From an uncultured Candidatus Saccharibacteria bacterium (GTDB taxonomy: Bacteria > Patescibacteriota > Minisyncoccia > 2-02-FULL-40-12 > GWA2-44-9): a stretch of DNA of 24,170 nucleotides. A model generated the notes under the pieces. That model saw only the letters and a list, made by a program, of their open reading frames with translations. It was not told where the DNA came from and did no database searches. Below, one piece after another: positions 1 to 7,727 of the stretch. Position 1 is the first letter of the stretch, and every line of letters starts with the position of its first letter. The stretch covers positions 8,071-32,240 of the forward strand of contig CAZCYM010000001.1 of assembly GCA_964502945.1 (NCBI GenBank), in the 5' to 3' direction. The translations under genes were made by a program, and so were the position numbers.

Positions 1-2
1 TT

Positions 3-1400
3 ACAGAAGAAATAGTAAATCAGCTGCATGATGCTAAGCCAAGGGTGATATTTGTTTCAGATTCGTTCTATCCCATACTGATCCAAGCCAGGATTAACTG
101 GAAGTGTACAGTAGTAATAGCTAGTGCCGGAGAGTGGTTACCGTGGTGGATGAGGTTGCTTTATCCGATTAAAGCCAGAAAGATGGGGATAGGATCGGTA
201 GATGTTGATAATGATGTTTTTTATTTCAGCAAAGTTATTTCGCAAGCGCTGTTGCTAACTAATCCTCCGATCGATCCTAATAAGATTGCTCAGTTTCAAT
301 ACACCGGAGGCACGACTGGAATTTCTAAGAATGCCATGCTGACTCATAGAAACTTGGTTACGAACTGTATCCAGATAAGAGAGCATTTTGGAAAAATTCT
401 TGAATATAAAAAAGAAGTTGTGCTTGGGGCTTTGCCATTATGTCATATCTACGGCATGACTACCTGTCTTAATATGACCCTTCTTTCTTTGGCTAGTAAG
501 CTGGTTCTAGTTCCTAAATTTGAGCCGGAAGAAGTGATAAAAATTATCAGGAAAAATAAAATTACTATTTTTCCGGGAGTGAATCGAATGTATCAGGCGA
601 TCATTGGTTGCAGTGGGGCTGATGATAAAGAAAATTTTAGCTCTCTTAAGCTTTGTTTGAGTGGAGCTGGGGCGATAGATAGAAAAATATGTGATAGATT
701 CAAAGAGCTTTCCGATGGTCTTGATGTTGTTGAGGGTTATGGTTTATCCGAGGCTTCGCCGGTTATTTCTGCTACTTTGCCAAGTGATCTTTCAAGATCT
801 GGTTCCGTGCCTGGACTTATAGGAAGGCCGGTACCATATACGGATGTGAAGATATGTGATGAAGATGGCAACGAATTAAGTCCTGGTTTGTCGGGAGAGA
901 TTACCGTAAGAGGTCCTCAAGTAATGTTGGGTTATTATAATAAGCCAGAGGAAACTGCAAAAGTATTAAAAAATGGCTGGCTTAAAACCGGCGATATCGG
1001 CTACATAGATAGCAATGGATACCTTTACATTACTGATCGGATTAAGGACATGATCAAGGTCTTGGGCGAGAATGTATATCCATCACGTTTAGAGGGGTGG
1101 TTTAAGAAAGTTTCTATTGTTTCCGAAGCCGTAGCCGTTGGTCTGCCGGATGCAAGAAGGGGTGAATCTTTAGCCGTAGTAGTGGTTTTAAATCCTGAAG
1201 TTAATGTCGAAGGTCCGGTTAAGTATTTTAAATTTTTACTTAAAACCGACTTTACCCTGGGCCCTAATTATGTCCCATCCACGATAAAGATAGTTAAGTC
1301 CCTCGAGCAATTTAAAAATCCGATCGGCAAAATTTACAAAAGAAAAATAAAAGAATTTCTATTAGAACAAAATAACCCCGCTCTTTCCTTAAAATCTTAG
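3..1400 (+). CDS. Long-chain fatty acid--CoA ligase (AMP-binding/ANL superfamily, FadD-like), 5'-truncated by the window edge
   Basis: Frame is open from position 3 (TEEIVNQLHDAKPRV...). ANL motifs: QYTGGTTGISKNAMLTH, EGYGLSEASP, GEITVRGPQVMLGYY, GWLKTGDIG, DRIKDMIKV.GENVYP, and C-terminal PIGKI. Confidence 0.9.
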   Translation, partial: TEEIVNQLHDAKPRVIFVSDSFYPILIQARINWKCTVVIASAGEWLPWWMRLLYPIKARKMGIGSVDVDNDVFYFSKVISQALLLTNPPIDPNKIAQFQYTGGTTGISKNAMLTHRNLVTNCIQIREHFGKILEYKKEVVLGALPLCHIYGMTTCLNMTLLSLASKLVLVPKFEPEEVIKIIRKNKITIFPGVNRMYQAIIGCSGADDKENFSSLKLCLSGAGAIDRKICDRFKELSDGLDVVEGYGLSEASPVISATLPSDLSRSGSVPGLIGRPVPYTDVKICDEDGNELSPGLSGEITVRGPQVMLGYYNKPEETAKVLKNGWLKTGDIGYIDSNGYLYITDRIKDMIKVLGENVYPSRLEGWFKKVSIVSEAVAVGLPDARRGESLAVVVVLNPEVNVEGPVKYFKFLLKTDFTLGPNYVPSTIKIVKSLEQFKNPIGKIYKRKIKEFLLEQNNPALSLKS

Positions 1401-1413
1401 AAAGAGCGGGGTT
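1374..1413 (+). terminator. Hairpin overlapping the ligase stop codon, probable intrinsic terminator
   Basis: Perfect 14-bp stem AACCCCGCTCTTTC (1374-1387) / GAAAGAGCGGGGTT (1400-1413), followed by a T-rich tail. Confidence 0.7.
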
Positions 1414-1421
1414 TAATTTGG

Positions 1422-1450
1422 TTGACTTTTCAATTTGTAAGGCTTAGCTT
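1422..1450 (+). promoter_or_regulatory. Putative sigma70 promoter for the M16 peptidase
   Basis: TTGACT-17 nt-TAGCTT; AAGGA lies upstream of the ATG at 1482. Confidence 0.45.
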
Positions 1451-1481
1451 TGTAATCAAGAACTTTAATAAGGATAGATAT

Positions 1482-2747
1482 ATGAAGCTTGTAAGTTTTG
1501 GTAAGCTTAGGAATGGGATAATGTATTATGGCCAGTATGATCCAAGTTCCAATGTTTCCGGAATCGGCATAAAGAGAGGTTCGATTCACGATCCTCCAGA
1601 TCGAAGGGGGAAGTTCCATCTAATTGAACATGTAATGTGTCGTTCTTCAAAGAAATACGATGGGCGTAAAGTTGATCTGATGCTGGAAGAATTTATGGGC
1701 GGCCCAGATGCCGATATTAATATTAGGATTGACAGGACTAGCACTTTTCTGGGCCATGATAATCTGCTTTACCGTAATCATATGATCAAGTGTTTTGATA
1801 TGCTTGCCTGTCTTTTTCTAGACAAATCAGTTGATCAAAAAGGACTAGACGTTGAGAAGGCGGCCATCCGCCAGGAATATTATTTGTATGGTTTAGATGT
1901 AATGTATAACTTAGTTGATGATCTAATGCACCAACTAATGTATGATCATAACCCAGTTCGTAATAGGATTGATTGCGAGCCAGACGAACTTAAGCAAATA
2001 ACTCTGGCCGAGGTAAAGCAAGATATTCGAAAGGGGTATTCGACGGAGAATACTTTCGTTATTCTTTTGGGTCCTAAATTCATCGAAGCTAAGTCTCTGG
2101 CCGAGAAATATTTTGGTCATTTGCCAAGGACGACCTCTCCATCGCTTAGCTACGATTTTTCAAAGGAATCCTCAAGTCTTACTTATTTCAAATCGACTAT
2201 TTATGAAAGACTGGGTATTCATCAAAGCCACTTGGCAATTGGATTTCCAACCGGAAGATTTATGATCGGTGATGATGTGGCTCTGGATATTCTGGCAAGA
2301 ATATGGGCATTTAGGCTTCGGATGAGATTAAGAGAGGGGAATAGGGGTTTTCGTGATGGCGTGTATAGAACATTAGTTTATGCTCCCCGAAGTTTTGCCC
2401 ACGGCATGATCTATTCGTGGGTTGCAGTTGATCCCAATTTTGCTCCAAGAGCCGAAGAGATTACCCTAGAAGAATGTGACAAGTTAAGAAAGGATTTAGT
2501 TCCTTATGATGAGTTTAACGCTATTAAAAATAGCGTACGTAATATATATAGAGATGCTTTTACGAAGTCACCTGGAGTACTGTCAGAACTGATTATCGAA
2601 TCTGCTTGTAATGGCGATCAAGAACTTGTTCATCTTCATTCTTTCCTTGATCGTTGGAATAAGGTAAATCCCCGCAAGCTGAGAGAGGTTGCTAATAAGT
2701 ATTTTACGGTTCCTAACTATGCAAGAGTCTTAATAAAACCTGTTTAA
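1482..2747 (+). CDS. M16 family (pitrilysin/insulinase-like) zinc metallopeptidase
   Basis: Inverted zinc motif HLIEH (HxxEH), downstream EKAAIRQE, and a C-terminal M16_C-like region. ATG 1482 with an RBS is preferred over the TTG at 1422, which coincides with the -35 box. Confidence 0.85.
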   Translation: MKLVSFGKLRNGIMYYGQYDPSSNVSGIGIKRGSIHDPPDRRGKFHLIEHVMCRSSKKYDGRKVDLMLEEFMGGPDADINIRIDRTSTFLGHDNLLYRNHMIKCFDMLACLFLDKSVDQKGLDVEKAAIRQEYYLYGLDVMYNLVDDLMHQLMYDHNPVRNRIDCEPDELKQITLAEVKQDIRKGYSTENTFVILLGPKFIEAKSLAEKYFGHLPRTTSPSLSYDFSKESSSLTYFKSTIYERLGIHQSHLAIGFPTGRFMIGDDVALDILARIWAFRLRMRLREGNRGFRDGVYRTLVYAPRSFAHGMIYSWVAVDPNFAPRAEEITLEECDKLRKDLVPYDEFNAIKNSVRNIYRDAFTKSPGVLSELIIESACNGDQELVHLHSFLDRWNKVNPRKLREVANKYFTVPNYARVLIKPV

Positions 2748-2760
2748 AGACAGGTTTTTG
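2735..2760 (+). terminator. Intrinsic terminator overlapping the peptidase stop
   Basis: AAAACCTGT (2735-2743) / ACAGGTTTT (2750-2758) stem followed by a T-rich tract. Confidence 0.6.
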
Positions 2761-2792
2761 TTATTTTAAAAATATTAGTGTAAGATTCTTTT

Positions 2793-3524
2793 ATGCCATC
2801 AAAATTAGGAACTCTAAAAATTTCCCGGAGTGGATTGAAATTATTTCTTGATTGTCCAAGATGCTTTTGGCTTGATTTGCATCACAAGATAAAACGTCCA
2901 CCCGGCTATCCATATACTCTTTCGGCGGCAGTAGATTATTTAGTTAAGCGGGAATTTGATAAATTCAGAGTTGAGGGCAAATTGCCTCCAGTTTTGAAAA
3001 ATGCCGGCATCAAGGATGCCAAGCTTTATGCTGGTGATAATCTTGCAGAATGGAGAAATAATTTTAAAGGTATCGCTTATTATGACGAATCTCAAAATGC
3101 CATATTGTATGGAGCGGTTGATGACGTTTTAGAATTTAAAGACGGTTCTTTGGGGGTTATTGATTATAAATCCTCCGGTTCAAAAGAAGTAACCATTTAC
3201 GAAGATTACCAAAAGCAGATGGACGTATATAATTATATTCTTCAGCAGTTAGGTCACGAAACATATCCCGAAGCATTCTTTGTTTTTTATCAGGTTATTA
3301 AAGAAGGGGAGGATGGCTTTCAAAACGCTCTTAAATTTAAAGAACAAGTCAAAGCAGTAAGGGTTAATAAAGATTGGGTTGGTCCGGCTTTTGAGGCAGC
3401 GGTTGAATTGGCAAGACAAGAATCACCTCCCCGCGAAAGTGGAAATGTCCGAAAACATTGCGACCATTGCCATTATGTTGAGATGGCAAGTCAACATAAA
3501 TTAACCCCAGACTTAAATATATAA
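2793..3524 (+). CDS. PD-(D/E)XK RecB-family nuclease (Cas4/AddB-like, Cys-containing)
   Basis: N-terminal LFLDCPRCFW, motif II GAVDD, motif III IDYKS, RecB motif QMDVY, C-terminal CDHC. Confidence 0.85.
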   Translation: MPSKLGTLKISRSGLKLFLDCPRCFWLDLHHKIKRPPGYPYTLSAAVDYLVKREFDKFRVEGKLPPVLKNAGIKDAKLYAGDNLAEWRNNFKGIAYYDESQNAILYGAVDDVLEFKDGSLGVIDYKSSGSKEVTIYEDYQKQMDVYNYILQQLGHETYPEAFFVFYQVIKEGEDGFQNALKFKEQVKAVRVNKDWVGPAFEAAVELARQESPPRESGNVRKHCDHCHYVEMASQHKLTPDLNI

Positions 3525-3552
3525 AATACTTCAGTAGTTAGTTTTAGTAAAT

Positions 3553-3602
3553 ATATATTGTCTTATAATCCTTTCGTACGAAAGGATTATAAGACAATAT
3601 AT
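3553..3602. repeat. Perfect 50-bp palindrome with no loop, 7 nt upstream of the PaaX/Cas2-like ATG
   Basis: ATATATTGTCTTATAATCCTTTCGT|ACGAAAGGATTATAAGACAATATAT; all 25 pairs checked by hand. Confidence 0.97.
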
Positions 3603-3609
3603 TCATAAT

Positions 3610-4143
3610 ATGCGAGGAGATTTTGTAATAAAATTTTTAGAAGGATTAAAAGATACCGTTGTTGATATTGGAACTGCCTGGAGTCATATTTCGTATAAAG
3701 GAGTTAGGTATAGCGATTTTAATATATACGGATACAACGATAGAAAGAAATATGTCGGATTTAAAAACTTGGAACATAGAGGATTTATTAAAAATAGAAA
3801 TGGCGACTACTTTATCTTTACTAAAAAGGGACAGGATTGGTTACGGAGATCTTTTGTTAGATATTTTAGAATGAAAGATGGCGGTAAGTGGGATAAAAAA
3901 TGGAGGGTGGTTATTTTTGACATTCCCCAGGAGCTACATAGAGAGAGGATAAAGTTCAGGCAACAATTAAAATCTCTAGGCTTCTCTTCGTTACAAAAAA
4001 GTGTTCTTGTTTTTCCATATCCTTGCGAGGAAGAGGTGGGAGATGCATGTAATAAATTAGGGGTTAGCGATTATGTGGACATTCTTATCGCTGAATCGCC
4101 GGGTTCTAAAGAAAAAGAATTGGTTAAAATCTTCGGATTGTAA
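3610..4143 (+). CDS. PaaX-like protein: partial winged HTH plus C-terminal Cas2-like (ferredoxin-fold) domain
   Basis: wHTH-like KNLEHRGFIK...YFIFTKKG, then WDKKWRVVIFDIP...FRQQLKSLGFSSLQKSVLVFPYPC, matching the PaaX C-terminal/Cas2-like pattern. Confidence 0.8.
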   Translation: MRGDFVIKFLEGLKDTVVDIGTAWSHISYKGVRYSDFNIYGYNDRKKYVGFKNLEHRGFIKNRNGDYFIFTKKGQDWLRRSFVRYFRMKDGGKWDKKWRVVIFDIPQELHRERIKFRQQLKSLGFSSLQKSVLVFPYPCEEEVGDACNKLGVSDYVDILIAESPGSKEKELVKIFGL

Positions 4144-4145
4144 TA

Positions 4146-4195
4146 TGTGAGTGTCTCATAAATCTTTCGTACGAAAGATTTATGAGACACTCACA
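4146..4195. repeat. Perfect 50-bp palindrome with no loop, 2 nt after the PaaX/Cas2-like stop
   Basis: TGTGAGTGTCTCATAAATCTTTCGT|ACGAAAGATTTATGAGACACTCACA; all 25 pairs checked. Same core as 3553-3602. Confidence 0.97.
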
Positions 4196-4252
4196 GTCGT
4201 CCAGTTAACCAGTAGTAGTGTTGTTTTTTTAGTTTTATGATAAGATTTATTC

Positions 4253-5695
4253 ATGGCTAAACAACCAAAACTTTACGCCGAACATTTCTATAAATTTTTC
4301 CAGTGTCCCCATTGGATTTGGTACGATATTTATGCCGATGCAACCAAGAAGAAGAAAACTCCGGCCATAATGGACCTGATCTATAAAGGTAAGGTCGCCA
4401 ATGGGATAGATGTTTTAAGGGAACATAAGAAATTCGAAGAAATAAAACCCGAACTTTTCCGAGATTTAGAAGAAGCATTTTTGGCCACGCTTGAAATGAT
4501 GAAGCAGGGCAAGAACATCTATCACGGTGTTTTAATGAACGAGGATTGGGCCGGGATGCCGGATTTGCTAGAAGCAAGACCCGGCAAATCAGAACTTGGT
4601 GATTTTCACTATGTTGTGTATGATGTTCAATCATCCCTCGATCTTCGCGATGAATATAAATTTCAATTAATTTTTTACAGTTTAATTCTTGGGCGTCTTC
4701 AGGGGGTCAGACCGAAAGAGGCCTATGTCATTGATCCTCAGGGCAATGAGCGGTCTTTTAAGGTAGATGATTTTGTCGATCAATTTCATCTTACTCGGGA
4801 GCAAATAGAGAAAATATTAGACGGTGAAAAGCCAGCGCCATTTATCAAGTCAACTTGTCGTCGGACACCGTGGTATTCTCTTTGTTTTTCTGATGCCAAG
4901 GATTGTAATGACGTTTCTCTGATTTATCGTTCAAGTCAGGCCGATCAGCGACGCTTGTATGGTATTGGTATTAAAACCGTTAGCGATCTCGCTCTGGCTG
5001 ATGTGAATGATCTCCAAAATAAACTTGAGGATTGGCCGTTTGATAAGATAATCCGTTTTGTAAATCAGGCAAAAGTTTTAACGACCCAACAGCCGATCAT
5101 TCTGCGTAAGCCGAATTTTCCGGAAGTTGAAAATGAAATCTACTTCGACATAGAGTCTGATCCGACTCGGGATATTGATTATCTCTTAGGATGTTTGATA
5201 AAAAATAACAAAGACGGAATAAAATACGAATGCTTTTTAGCTCAAGATAAGAGCGAAGAAGAAAAAATATGGAAGCAGTTTTTAGATTTTTTGGCAAAAC
5301 TGGATAATTTTGTTATTTATCATTACGCTTATGCTGAAAAAATGGTTTTTGATCGTCTCGCCCTGCGCTATGGTGCCTCGACCGCACTCATTGATAAATT
5401 CAAAGATAACACTATTGATCTCCACCTCAAGCTGGTTGATACGGCTGTTCTGCCCTTATACTTCTACAGTTTAAAAGATGTTGCCGGATATCTTGGTTAT
5501 AAGTGGGATGATCCGGATGCTGGGGGAGCGGAATCAGTTGTCTGGTATAACGATTGGCTTGATAAAAAAGACAATTCAATCATGAAAAAAATTCTCAAAT
5601 ACAACGAAGATGATGTCCGAGCGACAATGCTTATAAAAGAGTGGTTAGAAACCCAGAAACCATCAAAGCAGAGGGAGAAGTTGGATGAGGAATAA
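4253..5695 (+). CDS. TM0106-family RecB-like nuclease with C-terminal RNase H-like (YprB-type) domain
   Basis: N-terminal FFQCPHW, GMPDLL, QLIFY; C-terminal YFDIESD, IYHYAYAE, YSLKDVAGYLGYKW, GAESVVWY, YNEDDVRAT. Confidence 0.85.
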   Translation: MAKQPKLYAEHFYKFFQCPHWIWYDIYADATKKKKTPAIMDLIYKGKVANGIDVLREHKKFEEIKPELFRDLEEAFLATLEMMKQGKNIYHGVLMNEDWAGMPDLLEARPGKSELGDFHYVVYDVQSSLDLRDEYKFQLIFYSLILGRLQGVRPKEAYVIDPQGNERSFKVDDFVDQFHLTREQIEKILDGEKPAPFIKSTCRRTPWYSLCFSDAKDCNDVSLIYRSSQADQRRLYGIGIKTVSDLALADVNDLQNKLEDWPFDKIIRFVNQAKVLTTQQPIILRKPNFPEVENEIYFDIESDPTRDIDYLLGCLIKNNKDGIKYECFLAQDKSEEEKIWKQFLDFLAKLDNFVIYHYAYAEKMVFDRLALRYGASTALIDKFKDNTIDLHLKLVDTAVLPLYFYSLKDVAGYLGYKWDDPDAGGAESVVWYNDWLDKKDNSIMKKILKYNEDDVRATMLIKEWLETQKPSKQREKLDEE

Positions 5696-6257
5696 ATTTG
5701 TTATTATATCTCAAATGAACAATAGCCCAGCTAGAGATTTGGCGATTGTTGTTTTAAGCATTCTTGTTGCCATTATACTTGCCAAAACAGGAGCTCTTGA
5801 AAGTTTAATTACTTCAACCCAAGGAGTGAGGTTTATCGGCAGTTTTATTGCCGGTATTTTGTTTGTATCTGTTTTTACTGTTGCTCCGGCTACCATTGCT
5901 CTTGGTGAAATTGCTCAATCAAATTCGGTTATTACAGTTGCTCTTATCGGAGGACTGGGTGCGCTGGTAGGAGATCTCCTTATTTTCCGTTTTGTGAAGG
6001 ATAAGTTATCAGAAGATTTGCTGAATTTAATCAAAACATCGAAGTCAAAAAGATTAGCATATTTAACCAAGTTAAAGAGTCTAAAGCGGGTAGCACCCTT
6101 GATCGGCGCTTTAATTATTGCTTCACCCTTGCCGGATGAGTTGGGTATAGCAATGCTTGGTTTATCAAAAATGAGAAATTCATTATTTATTCCGCTATCA
6201 TTCGGTTTAAATACAGCCGGGATTTTAGTAATCGGGTTGATCGCAAAAGCAGTTTAG
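5685..6257 (+). CDS. Hypothetical multi-pass membrane protein (alternative start ATG 5715)
   Basis: Four to five hydrophobic segments and a SPLPDELG motif; overlaps the upstream stop, suggesting coupled translation. Confidence 0.7.
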   Translation: MRNKFVIISQMNNSPARDLAIVVLSILVAIILAKTGALESLITSTQGVRFIGSFIAGILFVSVFTVAPATIALGEIAQSNSVITVALIGGLGALVGDLLIFRFVKDKLSEDLLNLIKTSKSKRLAYLTKLKSLKRVAPLIGALIIASPLPDELGIAMLGLSKMRNSLFIPLSFGLNTAGILVIGLIAKAV

Positions 6258-6303
6258 CTGTGAAATAATAGTTCCAACCTTTTATTGTTTTAGTTCTTTA
6301 ATG

Positions 6304-6331
6304 TTGAACTTTTATTATCTTGTGTTAGAAT
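6304..6331 (+). promoter_or_regulatory. Putative sigma70 promoter for secDF
   Basis: TTGAAC-16 nt-TAGAAT with TG just upstream of the -10 box. Confidence 0.4.
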
Positions 6332-6341
6332 CAGAATCGCT

Positions 6342-7715
6342 GTGAAAAACTCTCACCTTTTAATTTTAATTCTTATTGGGTCTGTTTTTTTGTTTGCTTT
6401 CGTTTGGCCGCAGGCGATTAATAAAGGCGTAGACAACCTGCGCCAATTTTCAATTTTCAATTTTCAATTTTCAAAGTTACCCCATATTCCGGAAAAACAG
6501 TTTTTACTAGGCTTGGATCTTCTGGGCGGTGTCCATTTATTATACGAAGCCGATTTATCAAAAGTTGAGGCAGAAAATAAAAGTGATGCCATGCAGGGTA
6601 TTAGAGATGTTATCGAGAGGAGAGTTAACTTTTTTGGCGTCTCAGAGCCGTTAGTTCAGGTTTCAGGCGATGACCGTCTCATTGTTGAGCTTGCCGGTAT
6701 AAGTGATGTAAATCAGGCAATTCAGATGATAGGCGAAACTCCGTTTTTGGAGTTTAAGGAAGAAGTCTCAAATTATGAGGAATAGTTAGAAGAATTTCAG
6801 ACAATCGTCGATTCAGGCAAAGCAACTGAACTAGACAGTTTTGCTCTCAATGATAAACTCTTTATTGCTACAGGTTTAACCGGAAGTCAAGTCAAGCGAG
6901 CGGTGGTTTCTTTTGAGTCTCAAACTGGCCAGCCCCAAGTCAGTCTTGAACTAAACGATGAGGGAGCTAGACTATTTGGCGAAATAACCAAGAGAAATGT
7001 TGGAAAACGAGTAGCAATATATCTAGATGGTTTACCGATTAGTGTTCCGGTGGTTCAAACGGAAATATCTAATGGCCAAGCGGTTATTACCGGTGGATTC
7101 AATCCTCAAGAAGCGAAGCTCCTTGCTACACGATTAAATTCCGGAGCATTGCCGGTGCCGATCAGTATAATATCCCAACAAACGATAGGGGCATCTCTGG
7201 GTGCTGAATCTTTGCGTGCCAGTCTGAATGCGGGTCTTTGGAGCTTAGTCTTCGTGGCCCTATTTATGGTGGTTTTCTATCGTTTTCCTGGGGTGATATC
7301 TCTGGTTGCACTTTTCATATATACGCTCGGAGTGCTTGCTATCTATAAAATTTTTCCGGTAACTTTGACTCTTGCTGGCATCGCCGGTTTTATTTTATCG
7401 CTAGGCATGGCACTCGATGCAAATGTGCTGATATTTGCTCGTATGCGCGAGGAACTGGGTGCTGGGAAGAACCTTATGATATCCGTGACGGATGGATTTC
7501 GCCGGTCTTGGCCTTCAATACGCGATAGTCATGTCACCGCACTAATCAGTTCGGTAATATTGTATTCGTTCACTACCTCTATTGTAAAAGGCTTTGCTTT
7601 GACCCTAGGCATCGGGTTGGTTTTGAGTTTGCTGACATCACTAGTCGTGACGCGTCTTTTCCTGACGATGCTTGTTCAGACACGCTTTGGGCGCCATCGC
7701 TGGCTGTTTAAATAA
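6342..7715 (+). pseudogene. secD: Protein translocase subunit SecD interrupted by one in-frame TAG at 6783-6785 (nonsense allele, readthrough or sequence error)
   Basis: LGLDLLGGVHLLYEAD, IERRVNFFGVSEP, LIVELAG and IGETPFLEF precede the stop. The same frame continues LEEFQ...ATGLTGSQVKRA into LDG...P, LNSGALPVP, GIAGFILSLGMALDANVLIFARMREE and GFALTLGIG. Confidence 0.85.
6444..6474 (+). repeat. Tandem heptamer (CAATTTT)x4 plus CAA inside the secD coding sequence
   Basis: Read directly from the sequence; encodes QFSIFNFQFSK between TM1 and the conserved LGLDL motif. Confidence 0.95.
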
Positions 7716-7727
7716 ATTCGTTTCAAT

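Noticed and set aside
2793-4195. CRISPR-Cas locus (Cas4-like plus Cas2-like genes with repeats)
   Set aside because: No cas1 or effector gene in the window; only two palindromes separated by a gene, not a repeat-spacer array.
3532-4237. CAGTAGT and TTAGTTTTA direct repeats outside the two palindromes as a target-site duplication
   Set aside because: Short, AT-rich, with different spacing on each side and not abutting the palindromes.
6783-6785. Genome-wide TAG or TGA recoding
   Set aside because: TAG ends genes at 1400, 6257, 8624 and 13875, and TGA ends aspS, the carboxypeptidase and mraY at their expected lengths.
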